From Chitinophagales bacterium (GTDB taxonomy: Bacteria > Bacteroidota > Bacteroidia > Chitinophagales > JADIYW01), in contig JAXLUA010000004.1 of NCBI GenBank assembly GCA_046329805.1, positions 183,263 through 247,262 on the forward strand: a stretch of 64,000 nt of DNA. Reading direction: 5' to 3'. Made by a program: the position numbers and the translations under genes. The stretch's first letter is position 1. Every line of letters begins with the position of its first letter. Under the pieces are notes generated by a model. The model saw only the letters and a list, made by a program, of their open reading frames with translations, did not search any database and had not been told where the DNA came from. Below are positions 54,820 to 64,000 of the stretch, in pieces.

Positions 54820-55425
54820 TTAGTGTGTAGTCGGCGGCCAGCCAACAACGATATTACTGCCGGACTTAGAAATTTTTATTCTTGTTGTAGCACCGGTATC
54901 CGGAAGTCTCAAGAATTGCTTACTGCCGGATTTATAAGAAAAGAAAGTAACTTTTGGTGGGCAAATAATTCTTTCTGTTTTTAGTTCATTTTTTAACTCT
55001 GTGCCACTCGGGCTTACTACCCGTATTCTGAAAGCAGTTATTAACGAATCATTGCCATTCCATTTTGTATAAGGAGAAAACGAAACCAAATTTGCCGAAT
55101 CTTTTAATTGCACCTCTTGGCAAGTATCTGTTGGCGCTCCGGATGGACTCCCGGATGAATTAAGAATTACCGTTAAATAAACACTTCCCTCTGTTTCCGG
55201 CAAATGGTTATCTATTCTGTAAACAACAACGGTGTCGCGTACATGCCCGGGGATAGGAACACTACCCACTGGACCAAGTTCAATTAGCGAATCGCTGCTT
55301 TGCGTCAGTAATGCGCTTTCTGTAGAAGCCGATTCCGTTGAGGTAGCTTTGGGCTTGCATTGTGTAAACGATGCCACGATTAAACCTAGCATAGCAATGC
55401 CTAAAAATTTGTTTTTGTTTTTCAT
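54820..55425 (-). CDS. Hypothetical lipoprotein
   Basis: Signal peptide with lipobox SFTQC. No family recognised. Confidence 0.6.
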   Translation of the reverse strand: MKNKNKFLGIAMLGLIVASFTQCKPKATSTESASTESALLTQSSDSLIELGPVGSVPIPGHVRDTVVVYRIDNHLPETEGSVYLTVILNSSGSPSGAPTDTCQEVQLKDSANLVSFSPYTKWNGNDSLITAFRIRVVSPSGTELKNELKTERIICPPKVTFFSYKSGSKQFLRLPDTGATTRIKISKSGSNIVVGWPPTTH

Positions 55426-55532
55426 CTGTTTAAGTTTATTGTTTTTAGTTGTGCAGATGGAATTCGCATCTCAAACATTTCGTTTGGTGTACATTCCGAT
55501 GTTTCGGAATTGCTCATGCTCATTTCATACTC
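55426..55532 (-). promoter_or_regulatory. Paralogous 5' leader (TTCCGA-N4-TCGGAA palindrome, 33-aa MSMSN uORF ending ATGA on the main start)
   Basis: Blocks shared with 6588-6666: CTGTTTAA(A/G)TTTATTGTTTTTA(A/G)TTGTG and CTCATGCTCATTTCATA(T/C)TC. The palindrome is at 55494-55509. The uORF runs 55523-55422. Confidence 0.5.
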
Positions 55533-55751
55533 GTGATTTTAGTTGTAAATTAATAAAAATATTAACAAAAATGAATAATCATTCAAAATTCATCTATTAC
55601 TTGAATTTAAAAACAATAAAACCGTTATTATCAACGTTATAGCCAATAACTATACCTAACAAACTAACGGTTATTTGTTCGTTGAAAAATACCTCTATAT
55701 ACGCACATAAAAATAAAGAATGCGTAAATGGCAATTAGAATGCGTAAGCGG

Positions 55752-56780
55752 TTAGAAACGGTAATTCTGTACTGTTTCGATAAAATACTTAGCCTTTTCA
55801 AAGTCCACATCCGGATAAACCCCGTGTCCTAAATTGCAAATATATTTTTGCGATCCGAAAGCTTGTAGCATTTTCTCCGTTTCCGATTTAATGGTGGCTT
55901 TATCGGCATACAACACACAAGGATCTAAATTCCCTTGCAGCGTTTTAGCAGGAGCTTCACTCCTCGCCTTTTGAGGTTCTACCGTCCAATCTAAGCCAAT
56001 TACGGCACAATCCGTATTGCTAAATTCTTCGATACTATAATGGGCGTCTTTGGCAAATAATATCACAGGAACTTCGGTAATTGCGGCAGCAATACGTTTC
56101 ATATACGGCAAAGCAAATGAAGCGTACTGGGCTTTGTTCAATACCCCTGCCCAACTATCAAACACTTGTACAATGTCTGCACCACATCTAATTTGTTCTT
56201 TGAGGTATTGAATAGTTGCCGTAGTAATTTTATCTAATAATTGATGAGCTAAAATCGGATTTACATATAGCATTTTCTTAGCTTCCGAAAAAGTTTTACT
56301 TCCTTTACCTTCAATCATATACGAAAAAATAGTCCATGGTGCGCCCGCAAATCCGATTAAAGGAACGCGATTATTCAATTCTTTTTTTGTCAGTTTAATG
56401 GAGTCAAAAACGTAGGATAAATTGGGAACAACCTCTGTTGTTAATTTCACAACATCTTGTTCGTTTTTTATTGTTTTGGGAAAAAATGGCCCTTTGCTTT
56501 CAATCATCTCATAATTCAATCCCATAGCTTCGGGAATTACTAAAATGTCTGAAAAAATAATAGCGGCATCAACGCCCAATATATCGACCGGCTGCAGTGT
56601 TACTTCGCATATTAATTCAGGATTTTTTACCAATTCTTTAAATCCGTTTACACTGCTTCTTACGGCTCGGTATTCGGGTAAAATCCTACCTGCTTGTCGC
56701 ATTAACCATACCGGAACTCTATCTACATTTTCGCCTTTTGCGGCTCTTAGCAGTAACTCATTTGTTAACATAATGGGCAA
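55752..56780 (-). CDS. hemE: Uroporphyrinogen decarboxylase
   Basis: VPVWLMRQAGRILPEYR signature, 342 aa full length. Confidence 0.95.
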   Translation of the reverse strand: MPIMLTNELLLRAAKGENVDRVPVWLMRQAGRILPEYRAVRSSVNGFKELVKNPELICEVTLQPVDILGVDAAIIFSDILVIPEAMGLNYEMIESKGPFFPKTIKNEQDVVKLTTEVVPNLSYVFDSIKLTKKELNNRVPLIGFAGAPWTIFSYMIEGKGSKTFSEAKKMLYVNPILAHQLLDKITTATIQYLKEQIRCGADIVQVFDSWAGVLNKAQYASFALPYMKRIAAAITEVPVILFAKDAHYSIEEFSNTDCAVIGLDWTVEPQKARSEAPAKTLQGNLDPCVLYADKATIKSETEKMLQAFGSQKYICNLGHGVYPDVDFEKAKYFIETVQNYRF

Positions 56781-56887
56781 AATTACAAAATCTTATCCCT
56801 AAAAATTAAACTATTTTTGGACAATTGCATTGTTGTACTAATGAATAACGTTACAACTATGTAAAATTCATAAAAAAACGCTTAAAT

Positions 56888-57619
56888 ATGGGTGAAGCAG
56901 TTGAGATCAACAATCCGACGGTGAGCAAAATAATGCCGCGCGTAGTAGATATAAAAAATGCCAAAATAATGCACCACAATCACTTGGTGTTAGATAATGT
57001 AAATTTTGAAGTACGCAAAGGTGATTTTGTGTATTTAATAGGCAGAACCGGCAGCGGGAAAAGTAGTTTGTTGCGTACATTATACGGCGACTTAGAATTT
57101 ACCAATGGCGAAGCAGACGTATGCGGATATAATTTAAAAACACTAAAAAAAGCGGATGTCCCTTACTTGCGCAGAAGGCTGGGCATCGTATTTCAAGATT
57201 TTCAATTACTGCCGGACAGAACTGTGTTTGACAATTTGGAATTTGTATTAAAAGCCATTGGTTGGATAGATAAAGCAAAAATCAAAAAGACGATTGAAGA
57301 ATCAATCGAGATGGTGAAATTGAGTGAAAAATTAAAAAAATTTCCCGGACAGCTATCCGGCGGCGAGCAGCAACGAGTAGTCATTGCTCGTGCTTTATTA
57401 AATAATCCCGAACTAATATTAGCAGATGAGCCTACGGGAAATTTAGACCCCGAAACTACAGACGAAATCATGAGTTTGTTTTATTCTATTTTTAAAACCA
57501 CTCAAACCCCCATGATTATAGCGACACACAATTATCAATTAATAGAAAATTACCCGGGTATAATTTATATGTGTGCATATCAATCTATCAGCAGAGATGA
57601 TTCTCATTTTGTAAAATAA
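56888..57619 (+). CDS. ftsE: Cell division ATP-binding protein FtsE
   Basis: Walker [10 protein letters not shown], signature LSGGEQQRV, Walker [12 protein letters not shown]. There is no fused permease. The start may instead be the internal MPRVVDI. Confidence 0.8.
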   Translation: MGEAVEINNPTVSKIMPRVVDIKNAKIMHHNHLVLDNVNFEVRKGDFVYLIGRTGSGKSSLLRTLYGDLEFTNGEADVCGYNLKTLKKADVPYLRRRLGIVFQDFQLLPDRTVFDNLEFVLKAIGWIDKAKIKKTIEESIEMVKLSEKLKKFPGQLSGGEQQRVVIARALLNNPELILADEPTGNLDPETTDEIMSLFYSIFKTTQTPMIIATHNYQLIENYPGIIYMCAYQSISRDDSHFVK

Positions 57620-57623
57620 AAAA

Positions 57624-58589
57624 TCAGATGCCTTTTAGCAAATAATCAACTACTCTTTTTTCCATCCAATTGTGTTCTTCACGGATATTTTCACAAAAGC
57701 CTACATGCCCGCCACCTTGGGTAATTTCTAAATGAAAATAGCTTGATTTTTTTGCAATTTCAATAGGATAGCATTCTTTGGTAAGCAATGGATCATTGTC
57801 GGCATTGATTAATAAAGTCGGCGTTTTTATCGACGATAAATAAGCCGATGCTTGCACTTTTAAAATATAATCTTCAATATTTTTGAATCCATAAACAGGT
57901 ACTGTATATCGCTCTGTAAAATCCCATAAATTTTTAGATTCAGCAATATATTTATAGTTCAATAAATTGGGAAATCGAGCTTGTTTCTTTAGTACTTTTT
58001 CTTTTACTTGCTTAGTGAATCTACGTTCGTACATTACGTTCCATCCTTTTATTAAATGCGGAAAAGAAGTTTCGTAATGAATAGGAACTGAAACGGTAAT
58101 GGCGGAGGTAATTTTATTCACTGAAGTCCATTTTTCTTCGCCTAAATATTTCAGTGTCATATTCCCTCCCATCGAAATTCCAACCAAATAAAATTCGTCG
58201 TATTTTTCTTGCTGTATCAGGTGGTTGACGATATAGTCTAAATCATCTGTTTTTCCGGAATGGTAATTATAAATCTGTAAATTATCTTCACCGCTGCAAC
58301 CTCTGAAATTCCAAGCGCATACATCAAAGCCATTTTTATTCAAAATTTTTGTCAATCCACGCGCATACACTCTATCAGAACTGCCTTCAAATCCGTGTGA
58401 AAGAAGGACCACTTTGCTGCTGCCCACGATGCTCCAATCCAAATCTAAAAAATCATCGTCCCAAGTAGTAATTTTTTCGCGTTGATATACAACACCTTCT
58501 ACCTTCCGATATACGTTAGGAATAATCGTTTGTAAGTGCTTTGTATAAAGCCACTTCGGTGAGCGTATTTTAGGCGATGCGTGTAGCAT
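57624..58589 (-). CDS. Alpha/beta hydrolase (YheT/ABHD1-3-like)
   Basis: VVLLSHGFEGSS, nucleophile elbow GISMGG, and C-terminal GGHVGF. Confidence 0.75.
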   Translation of the reverse strand: MLHASPKIRSPKWLYTKHLQTIIPNVYRKVEGVVYQREKITTWDDDFLDLDWSIVGSSKVVLLSHGFEGSSDRVYARGLTKILNKNGFDVCAWNFRGCSGEDNLQIYNYHSGKTDDLDYIVNHLIQQEKYDEFYLVGISMGGNMTLKYLGEEKWTSVNKITSAITVSVPIHYETSFPHLIKGWNVMYERRFTKQVKEKVLKKQARFPNLLNYKYIAESKNLWDFTERYTVPVYGFKNIEDYILKVQASAYLSSIKTPTLLINADNDPLLTKECYPIEIAKKSSYFHLEITQGGGHVGFCENIREEHNWMEKRVVDYLLKGI

Positions 58590-58701
58590 TTATGTTTCTA
58601 ATATATAGCATTTAGCAAAAACAACAATATTCCGTTGAGGAAGTTCACTCTTTTTAACAAAAAGCTATGAATTAAGAGTTACTGTCTGTACAAGTTTACA
58701 C

Positions 58702-59571
58702 CTAATCTTTAAAAAAGTCAAGTAGCAATTCATTTACTTCATTGGGACAATCATTTTGCGTCCAATGAGAGCACTTGGGAAGGTATTTAATTTGATAATC
58801 GGCATGTACATACGCTTCCGTGCCGTAGGTGAGTTCTTTGCCAAGCGCTTTATCTCCTTCGCCCCAAATCAGCAAGGTTGGCGACTGGATGCCGTTTTTA
58901 AACACTTGTAAGTTCGGCTTTGTTTGCATCATTGCTCTATAATAATTTATCGAACCTGTTAATGCGCCTTCTTGCTTGTAGGCATTTACAAATTCTTGCA
59001 AATCTTCATCGGTAAAATTTTGTTTGTTGTACATCCATCCGCGCACAAATTGTTTGAAAAACAAAGGAAGCGTAAATTGATAAATCATCTCCGGTAGTAA
59101 TGGAATTTGATGCATAAACATATACCAACTTTTTAGAAGTTGCGCCGGGCTGGAGGTTAATTTTTTTAGCATTATTTTAGGATGTGGGCAATTACAAACC
59201 ACTAATTTTTCTGTCAATTCCGGAAACATAGCTGCAAATGTCCACGCTACAGCACCACCCCAATCATGCCCTACAATGTAGGCTTTTTTAAATCCTAAAT
59301 ACTTAATCAACTCGGCAATGTCTGTAGCTACTATATCTGTTTTATAATTTTGAACGCCATGTGGTTTATCACTCAAATTAAACCCTCTTAAATCGGGGGC
59401 TACTACAGTAAACTGCTTTGCCAATATCGGAATTTGATAGCGCCATGTGTACCAAAATTCCGGCCATCCGTGCAGTAGTAGTACTAATTTCTTTCCGCTA
59501 CCTTGCTTTGCGATGTGTAGTTTTATCCCGTTTACAGGTATCGTTTCATGTTTTACAGACAAATTTTGCAT
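58702..59571 (-). CDS. Alpha/beta hydrolase, epoxide hydrolase/haloalkane dehalogenase-like
   Basis: LLHGWPEFWYTWRYQI and the Asp nucleophile motif GHDWGG. Confidence 0.75.
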   Translation of the reverse strand: MQNLSVKHETIPVNGIKLHIAKQGSGKKLVLLLHGWPEFWYTWRYQIPILAKQFTVVAPDLRGFNLSDKPHGVQNYKTDIVATDIAELIKYLGFKKAYIVGHDWGGAVAWTFAAMFPELTEKLVVCNCPHPKIMLKKLTSSPAQLLKSWYMFMHQIPLLPEMIYQFTLPLFFKQFVRGWMYNKQNFTDEDLQEFVNAYKQEGALTGSINYYRAMMQTKPNLQVFKNGIQSPTLLIWGEGDKALGKELTYGTEAYVHADYQIKYLPKCSHWTQNDCPNEVNELLLDFFKD

Positions 59572-59834
59572 AGTTCCATTTTAGGAAATAAATGTAAGGG
59601 GATTCTGATACTTTTACAACTAACATAAGATATTTTCCTAAAGCATGGAAATTATTATAAAAAGGTATGGGTTGAAAAGAAATTGAATTATATATCTGTA
59701 AATGTGTGCTATTTTTAATTAAAGAATTACTATAAAAATAGACTGGATAGCATAAAATAAAGAGTATCATTGCAGTCTCTCCTCTCTTACTCTTTTATGT
59801 TTTCTCCAAAGACTGCAAGGCTCAAAATTGTTTA

Positions 59835-60038
59835 TTATTTATTTCGCACAACATATACGGTTTGCCCGCTACCGGACGGGTCAACCACCACTTGCACCGA
59901 TGTGATATCAGAATATTGTTTATCCTCTGAAGAAATGGAGCGAAGTTGATCTTTATTGGATTTACTATTTTCGCACGATGTAAAGAAAACCAATACGGTA
60001 AGGGTAATTATATTTCTAAGAGTAAGTACCTTTGCCAT
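59835..60038 (-). CDS. Small hypothetical lipoprotein
   Basis: Signal peptide with lipobox FFTSC, 67 aa. Confidence 0.45.
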   Translation of the reverse strand: MAKVLTLRNIITLTVLVFFTSCENSKSNKDQLRSISSEDKQYSDITSVQVVVDPSGSGQTVYVVRNK

Positions 60039-60106
60039 AGCTCTTAGATTTTAATTAAATTTAAAAATAAAACTGATAAAAGTCAATACAAAAAAAACAA
60101 AAAGGC

Positions 60107-60574
60107 ATGAAAATAGAAATATGGTGGATTGGCAAAACGTTTCAAGATTTTACACAAAAAGGATACACCGAATTTATAAAACGGATAGAGAAATTTACAC
60201 CGATTTCTATTGTGGAAATACCTGAAATAAAAGGGCAAGCCCAGGGGAAAATAATTAAGCAATTAGAAGCCGAAAAAATATTATCTAAAATAAAACCTGA
60301 TGATTTTTTAATTCTGTTAGATGAAAAAGGCACTTCGTTTTCTTCTAAGCAATTTGCGCAATACATTGAAAAGAAAGAACATCAATCTATCAAAAAAATT
60401 ATATTCTTGATTGGCGGTGCCTATGGTTTTGAGGAGAAAATCTACACCCGTGCGAACGACAAAATTTCCTTATCTGCCATGACATTTTCACATCAGCTTA
60501 TTCGGTTAATTTTTATGGAACAATTATACAGAGCCTATACCATTATTCATAATTACCCTTATCATAATGAGTAG
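60107..60574 (+). CDS. rlmH: 23S rRNA (pseudouridine1915-N3)-methyltransferase
   Basis: 155 aa SPOUT fold. FLIGGAYGF, SLSAMTFSHQL and EQLYRAY motifs. Confidence 0.9.
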   Translation: MKIEIWWIGKTFQDFTQKGYTEFIKRIEKFTPISIVEIPEIKGQAQGKIIKQLEAEKILSKIKPDDFLILLDEKGTSFSSKQFAQYIEKKEHQSIKKIIFLIGGAYGFEEKIYTRANDKISLSAMTFSHQLIRLIFMEQLYRAYTIIHNYPYHNE

Positions 60575-60605
60575 TAAAGGAGCTATATGCAATTTATAAT
60601 TTGCA

Positions 60606-61481
60606 TTAATCAATATACCTTTTCAGGATATCCTGATAGGCATCAATTCGTCTATCGCGCAAGAAAGGCCAGATACGGCGCACGTCTTCGGTACGTTGCT
60701 TGTCTATTTCAATTACTGCATTTATCTCCGTGTCGCTTGGTGCTGAGAATAAAATTTCTCCTTGTGGGCCGGCAACAAAACTTTGCCCCCAAAATTGAAT
60801 GCCGTTAGTTGCACCGGTCCAGTCCGGCTCCACGCCCACACGGTTCACGGCAATTACCGGCAATCCGTTCGCAACAGCATGTCCGCGTTGTACGGTTTGC
60901 CATGCCGTAAATTGTCTGTTTTTTTCCTCGGACGTATCAGCGCTTTCCCACCCTATTGCTGTCGGATAAATTAGCACTTCTGCGCCGCCTAACGCCATCA
61001 ATCGTGCCGCCTCAGGGTACCACTGATCCCAACAAACCAATACACCCAATTTTCCTACCGAGGTAGCAATGGGTTTAAATCCGATATCACCGGGCGTAAA
61101 ATAAAATTTTTCGTAATAAGCCGGATCGTCGGGGATGTGCATTTTTCTGTATATGCCTGCAACACTTCCGTCTTTTTCAAAAACTACGGATGTATTGTGA
61201 TACAAACCCGGCGCACGTTTTTCAAACAAGGAGGTAACTAAAACAACTTGATGTTTTTTGGCTGCTTCGGCAAATAAAACGGACGACTCACCGGGAATGG
61301 GTTCTGCCAAATTAAATAGTTCCGTTTCTTCGGATTGGCAAAAATAAATTCCGCAATGCAGCTCTTGCAGTACTACTAATTCTGCGCCTTGCTGTTTACA
61401 TGCCGCAATTCCATCTAAAGATTTTTGGATATTTTTAGCTTTATCGTTGGTATTCGATTGTTGTACAATTCCGATTTTCAT
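60606..61481 (-). CDS. aguB: N-carbamoylputrescine amidase (nitrilase superfamily)
   Basis: VLQELH, YRKMHIPDDP and VLVCWDQWYPE (catalytic Glu-Lys-Cys triad context). It is adjacent to aguA. Confidence 0.85.
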   Translation of the reverse strand: MKIGIVQQSNTNDKAKNIQKSLDGIAACKQQGAELVVLQELHCGIYFCQSEETELFNLAEPIPGESSVLFAEAAKKHQVVLVTSLFEKRAPGLYHNTSVVFEKDGSVAGIYRKMHIPDDPAYYEKFYFTPGDIGFKPIATSVGKLGVLVCWDQWYPEAARLMALGGAEVLIYPTAIGWESADTSEEKNRQFTAWQTVQRGHAVANGLPVIAVNRVGVEPDWTGATNGIQFWGQSFVAGPQGEILFSAPSDTEINAVIEIDKQRTEDVRRIWPFLRDRRIDAYQDILKRYID

Positions 61482-61485
61482 AGTA

Positions 61486-62532
61486 TCAATTTTGAGATAG
61501 ATTTTTAAAATTTATAGCACCCTTTGGATACTGCATTGTAATGCAATGCAGAGAGCCGTGTTGTAGTAATAATGCTTTACAGTCTATGCCTATCACTTTC
61601 TTTGCCGGAAATGCTTTTTGCAATTGAGTTATTGCCAACTCATCTTGTTCTACTTGGTAAGTTGGCAGTAATACAACATCATTTAAAATTAAGAAATTAG
61701 CATACGTTGCGGGCAATCTCCGGTTATCGTCAGGGGCAAAAATAGCATCCGCCATAGGCAATGGTATTAACTGATAAGGCAGGCCATTTGCTGTTCTGAA
61801 AGATTGCAGCTCCTCTTCCATTATTTTTAAATCTTTATAATGCACTTCGTCCATATCGGTACACTGTACATAAGCAATAGTTTGCTCGTCGCAAAAGCGT
61901 GCAACCGTATCGATATGTGCGTCCGTATCATCTCCCAATAAATGCCCATGCTCCAGCCACAATACGTTTTTCAAGCCAAATAGTTCTTTCAGTTTGTTTT
62001 CTATTTGCAATTTAGTAAGATGCGGGTTTCTATTCGGCGACAACAAGCAATGCGTAGTAGTTAGAAGCGTGCCTCTTCCATCACTTTCTATACTGCCGCC
62101 TTCCAATACCAATCCGGGATGTATTAGCTCCTTTGCATTGTAAATGCCCTTATCCCAAAGTTCTCCGGTAATCAGATTATCCTTGTCGGCAGCAAATTTC
62201 AATCCCCAGCCATTAAATACAAAATTATAAATCAAGAAGCTATCCTCTTGTTGCACGGTGATGGCGGCATGGTCACGTGCCCAAGTATCATTAATTTCTG
62301 TTTCAATAATGTAAATATTCTTTCGGTCTATACTTTTCAAATAATGATTCAAATCCGTTACATCATCACATACAATAATAAGAGGTTGATAAGTGGCAAT
62401 GGTTTCAATAATATGAATATAGCAAGGAACCACTTCGTCCCAATATACTAACCAATCGGAAGTGCGGCTTGGAAATGCAATTTGTATAGCATCTTGTAAT
62501 TCCCATTCCGCCGGCAATCTTAAATTTATCAT
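61486..62532 (-). CDS. aguA: Agmatine deiminase
   Basis: LPAEWELQDAIQIAFP N-terminus, WARDHAAITV, and C-terminal catalytic GSLHCITMQ. Confidence 0.9.
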   Translation of the reverse strand: MINLRLPAEWELQDAIQIAFPSRTSDWLVYWDEVVPCYIHIIETIATYQPLIIVCDDVTDLNHYLKSIDRKNIYIIETEINDTWARDHAAITVQQEDSFLIYNFVFNGWGLKFAADKDNLITGELWDKGIYNAKELIHPGLVLEGGSIESDGRGTLLTTTHCLLSPNRNPHLTKLQIENKLKELFGLKNVLWLEHGHLLGDDTDAHIDTVARFCDEQTIAYVQCTDMDEVHYKDLKIMEEELQSFRTANGLPYQLIPLPMADAIFAPDDNRRLPATYANFLILNDVVLLPTYQVEQDELAITQLQKAFPAKKVIGIDCKALLLQHGSLHCITMQYPKGAINFKNLSQN

Positions 62533-62603
62533 GCTGCAAAAATACGTTTTAATTATAATCTTAAGTAAATTTACTTTTTTGAAAGATTCTTTATTTTCGC
62601 ATC

Positions 62604-63275
62604 ATGCAGAAAAGACTTTTATTACTTCCCGGATTTGGAGAAGATACCTTTTGTTTTAATGAGCTTATTCCATTTACCAACAAACATAAATATCAATATG
62701 TGCATGTAGATTACAGGCCGGTATTGGATAAATTTACATTTCCATTTATTACCGTTCAGCAGTTTGCCCGACAATTAATTACACATTATGCTATTCAGCA
62801 AACGGATAAGCTAATCGGACATTCTATGGGTGGATACTTTTCTTTTCAAATCAGAGAACTTATAGGGGCAGAAATTTGCATGATAAGCTCGTTTAACGAT
62901 CCGAAAAAAATCATACATGTAGTACCCGAATTCCCAAGATTGACGATGTTGGCAACTATGACGGGCATTACAAAAACAAAATTTGTAAAAAACTATTTAT
63001 TGAATAAAATAAAAAATGAGCAAATAAAAGAAATACAATCCAAGATTATGGATAATTTCGACAACTTTACGGATAACGAGCTTGCATTGATGTTAGAAAT
63101 GAATTATCAAAAGAAGATAGTATCCGAATTACCCAATCCATTGCGCATACACGACAAAAACGACCGAATAGTAGCCCCTCCCGACGAGCCCTATATACAA
63201 ATTTCCGGAGGGCATTTTTGCATGAATGTGCATCCCGAAGAAGTATATTCGCATTTAAAAGGTTTCTTAGCCTAA
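62604..63275 (+). CDS. Alpha/beta hydrolase family protein
   Basis: LLLPGFGED and nucleophile elbow GHSMGG. Confidence 0.65.
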   Translation: MQKRLLLLPGFGEDTFCFNELIPFTNKHKYQYVHVDYRPVLDKFTFPFITVQQFARQLITHYAIQQTDKLIGHSMGGYFSFQIRELIGAEICMISSFNDPKKIIHVVPEFPRLTMLATMTGITKTKFVKNYLLNKIKNEQIKEIQSKIMDNFDNFTDNELALMLEMNYQKKIVSELPNPLRIHDKNDRIVAPPDEPYIQISGGHFCMNVHPEEVYSHLKGFLA

Positions 63276-63396
63276 AAAACCATTTTAGTGTATTGTTTCT
63301 TTCAAGAAATTTTTCCAACTCTATTGAAATTAATACTTATCTTTTTTTTGTTTTTACACTTTCTAAAAAAAATGTATTTTACTTTCGAATTATCTT

Positions 63397-64000
63397 ATGA
63401 AAAACACTGACACCCAAAAAGGAGTTTCGCTATTGATATTAGTAGCCGCACTCGGATATTTTGTAGATGTATATGACTTAGTACTTTTTGGCGTAATACG
63501 CGTACCCAGCCTGAAAGGGATAGGAATTACCAGCGATGCCGACTTAGCCTATTACGGAAAAATGCTTTTTAATTATCAAATGTGGGGAATGTTGTTAGGC
63601 GGTATTTTTTGGGGAATATTAGGCGATAAAAAAGGCAGATTATCTGTGTTATTTGGTTCCATTTTCTTGTATTCTATTGCCAATATATTGAATGGCACAA
63701 TTCATTCCGTAGAAGAATATAAAGTACTCCGCTTTATTGCAGGCTTTGGATTAGCAGGAGAATTAGGTGCCGGAGTTACACTCGTTAGTGAAACGATGAG
63801 CAAAGAAAAGCGCGGCTTAGGCGCTACCATCATAGCTAGTGTAGGGGTTATTGGTGCTGTAGTAGCCAGTGTATTGGCCTCCTATCCTGAATTAATCAGT
63901 TGGAGGGTAAATTACTTTATCGGTGGCGGTATGGGTGTTGTATTATTGTTTATGCGGATTGGCGTGGCCGAATCGGGAATGTTTAAGCACATTATACAAA
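63397..64000 (+). CDS. MFS transporter (5' partial, runs off the window)
   Basis: Hand translation gives MKNTDTQKGVSLLILVAALGYFVDVYD...GILGDKKGRLSV (MFS motif A). It has multiple TM helices and no stop before 64000. It is not in the ORF track. Confidence 0.75.
   Translation, partial: MKNTDTQKGVSLLILVAALGYFVDVYDLVLFGVIRVPSLKGIGITSDADLAYYGKMLFNYQMWGMLLGGIFWGILGDKKGRLSVLFGSIFLYSIANILNGTIHSVEEYKVLRFIAGFGLAGELGAGVTLVSETMSKEKRGLGATIIASVGVIGAVVASVLASYPELISWRVNYFIGGGMGVVLLFMRIGVAESGMFKHIIQ

Overview
Low-GC Bacteroidota chromosome segment. Diagnostics are T9SS C-terminal sorting domains, a PorP/SprF gene, a TTG-N19-TAnnTTTG promoter and Gln(+1) signal-peptide cleavage sites. The flanks (1-14.4 kb and 32.7-64 kb) hold ordinary housekeeping and envelope genes. 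On the left: purF, a tRNA m6A methyltransferase, two PhoD-family phosphatases, phnA, a Ste24-like M48 protease, rplU-rpmA, pgk, gap and tRNA-Glu(UUC). On the right: TPR proteins, prfC, two giant T9SS type-B adhesin-like proteins with a PorP/SprF-OmpA partner, an ABC1/UbiB kinase, a LytTR regulator with a hybrid kinase, hemE, ftsE, rlmH and aguA-aguB. Between the flanks lies an ~18.2 kb integrative island (14475-32666). It is bounded by an exact 13-bp direct repeat about 100 bp downstream of tRNA-Glu. A large serine recombinase sits at the left end and a small HTH protein at the right end. The repeat core lies inside the 3' end of the recombinase gene, so integration appears to exchange the recombinase C-terminus. 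Island cargo includes an AbiEi/AbiEii pair and an uncharacterised divergent pair of a MerR-like protein and a 291-aa protein. The most interesting cargo is a tightly coupled 8-gene operon: an FHA-fused ABC exporter, an M48 lipoprotein protease, a PP2C phosphatase, three secreted proteins with a shared leader, and a cytoplasmic protein with an RNxxxH motif. It is followed by a PIN-like candidate and a membrane Hanks kinase with MORN repeats. I read this as a candidate mobile, phospho-threonine-gated export/defence module that I cannot assign to a described system. The island also carries a ~1.2 kb G+C-rich ORF-free structured region, an 11-bp iteron-like array and a secreted SNase operon with a 49-aa basic ORF absent from the ORF track. 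Outside the island, notable items are a 14-copy heptanucleotide repeat upstream of pgk, two paralogous 5' leaders (TTCCGA-N4-TCGGAA palindrome plus an MSMSN uORF) ahead of two lipoprotein genes, and a small tandem-repeat peptide gene. All protein family calls rest on motif recognition by eye; no searches were run.
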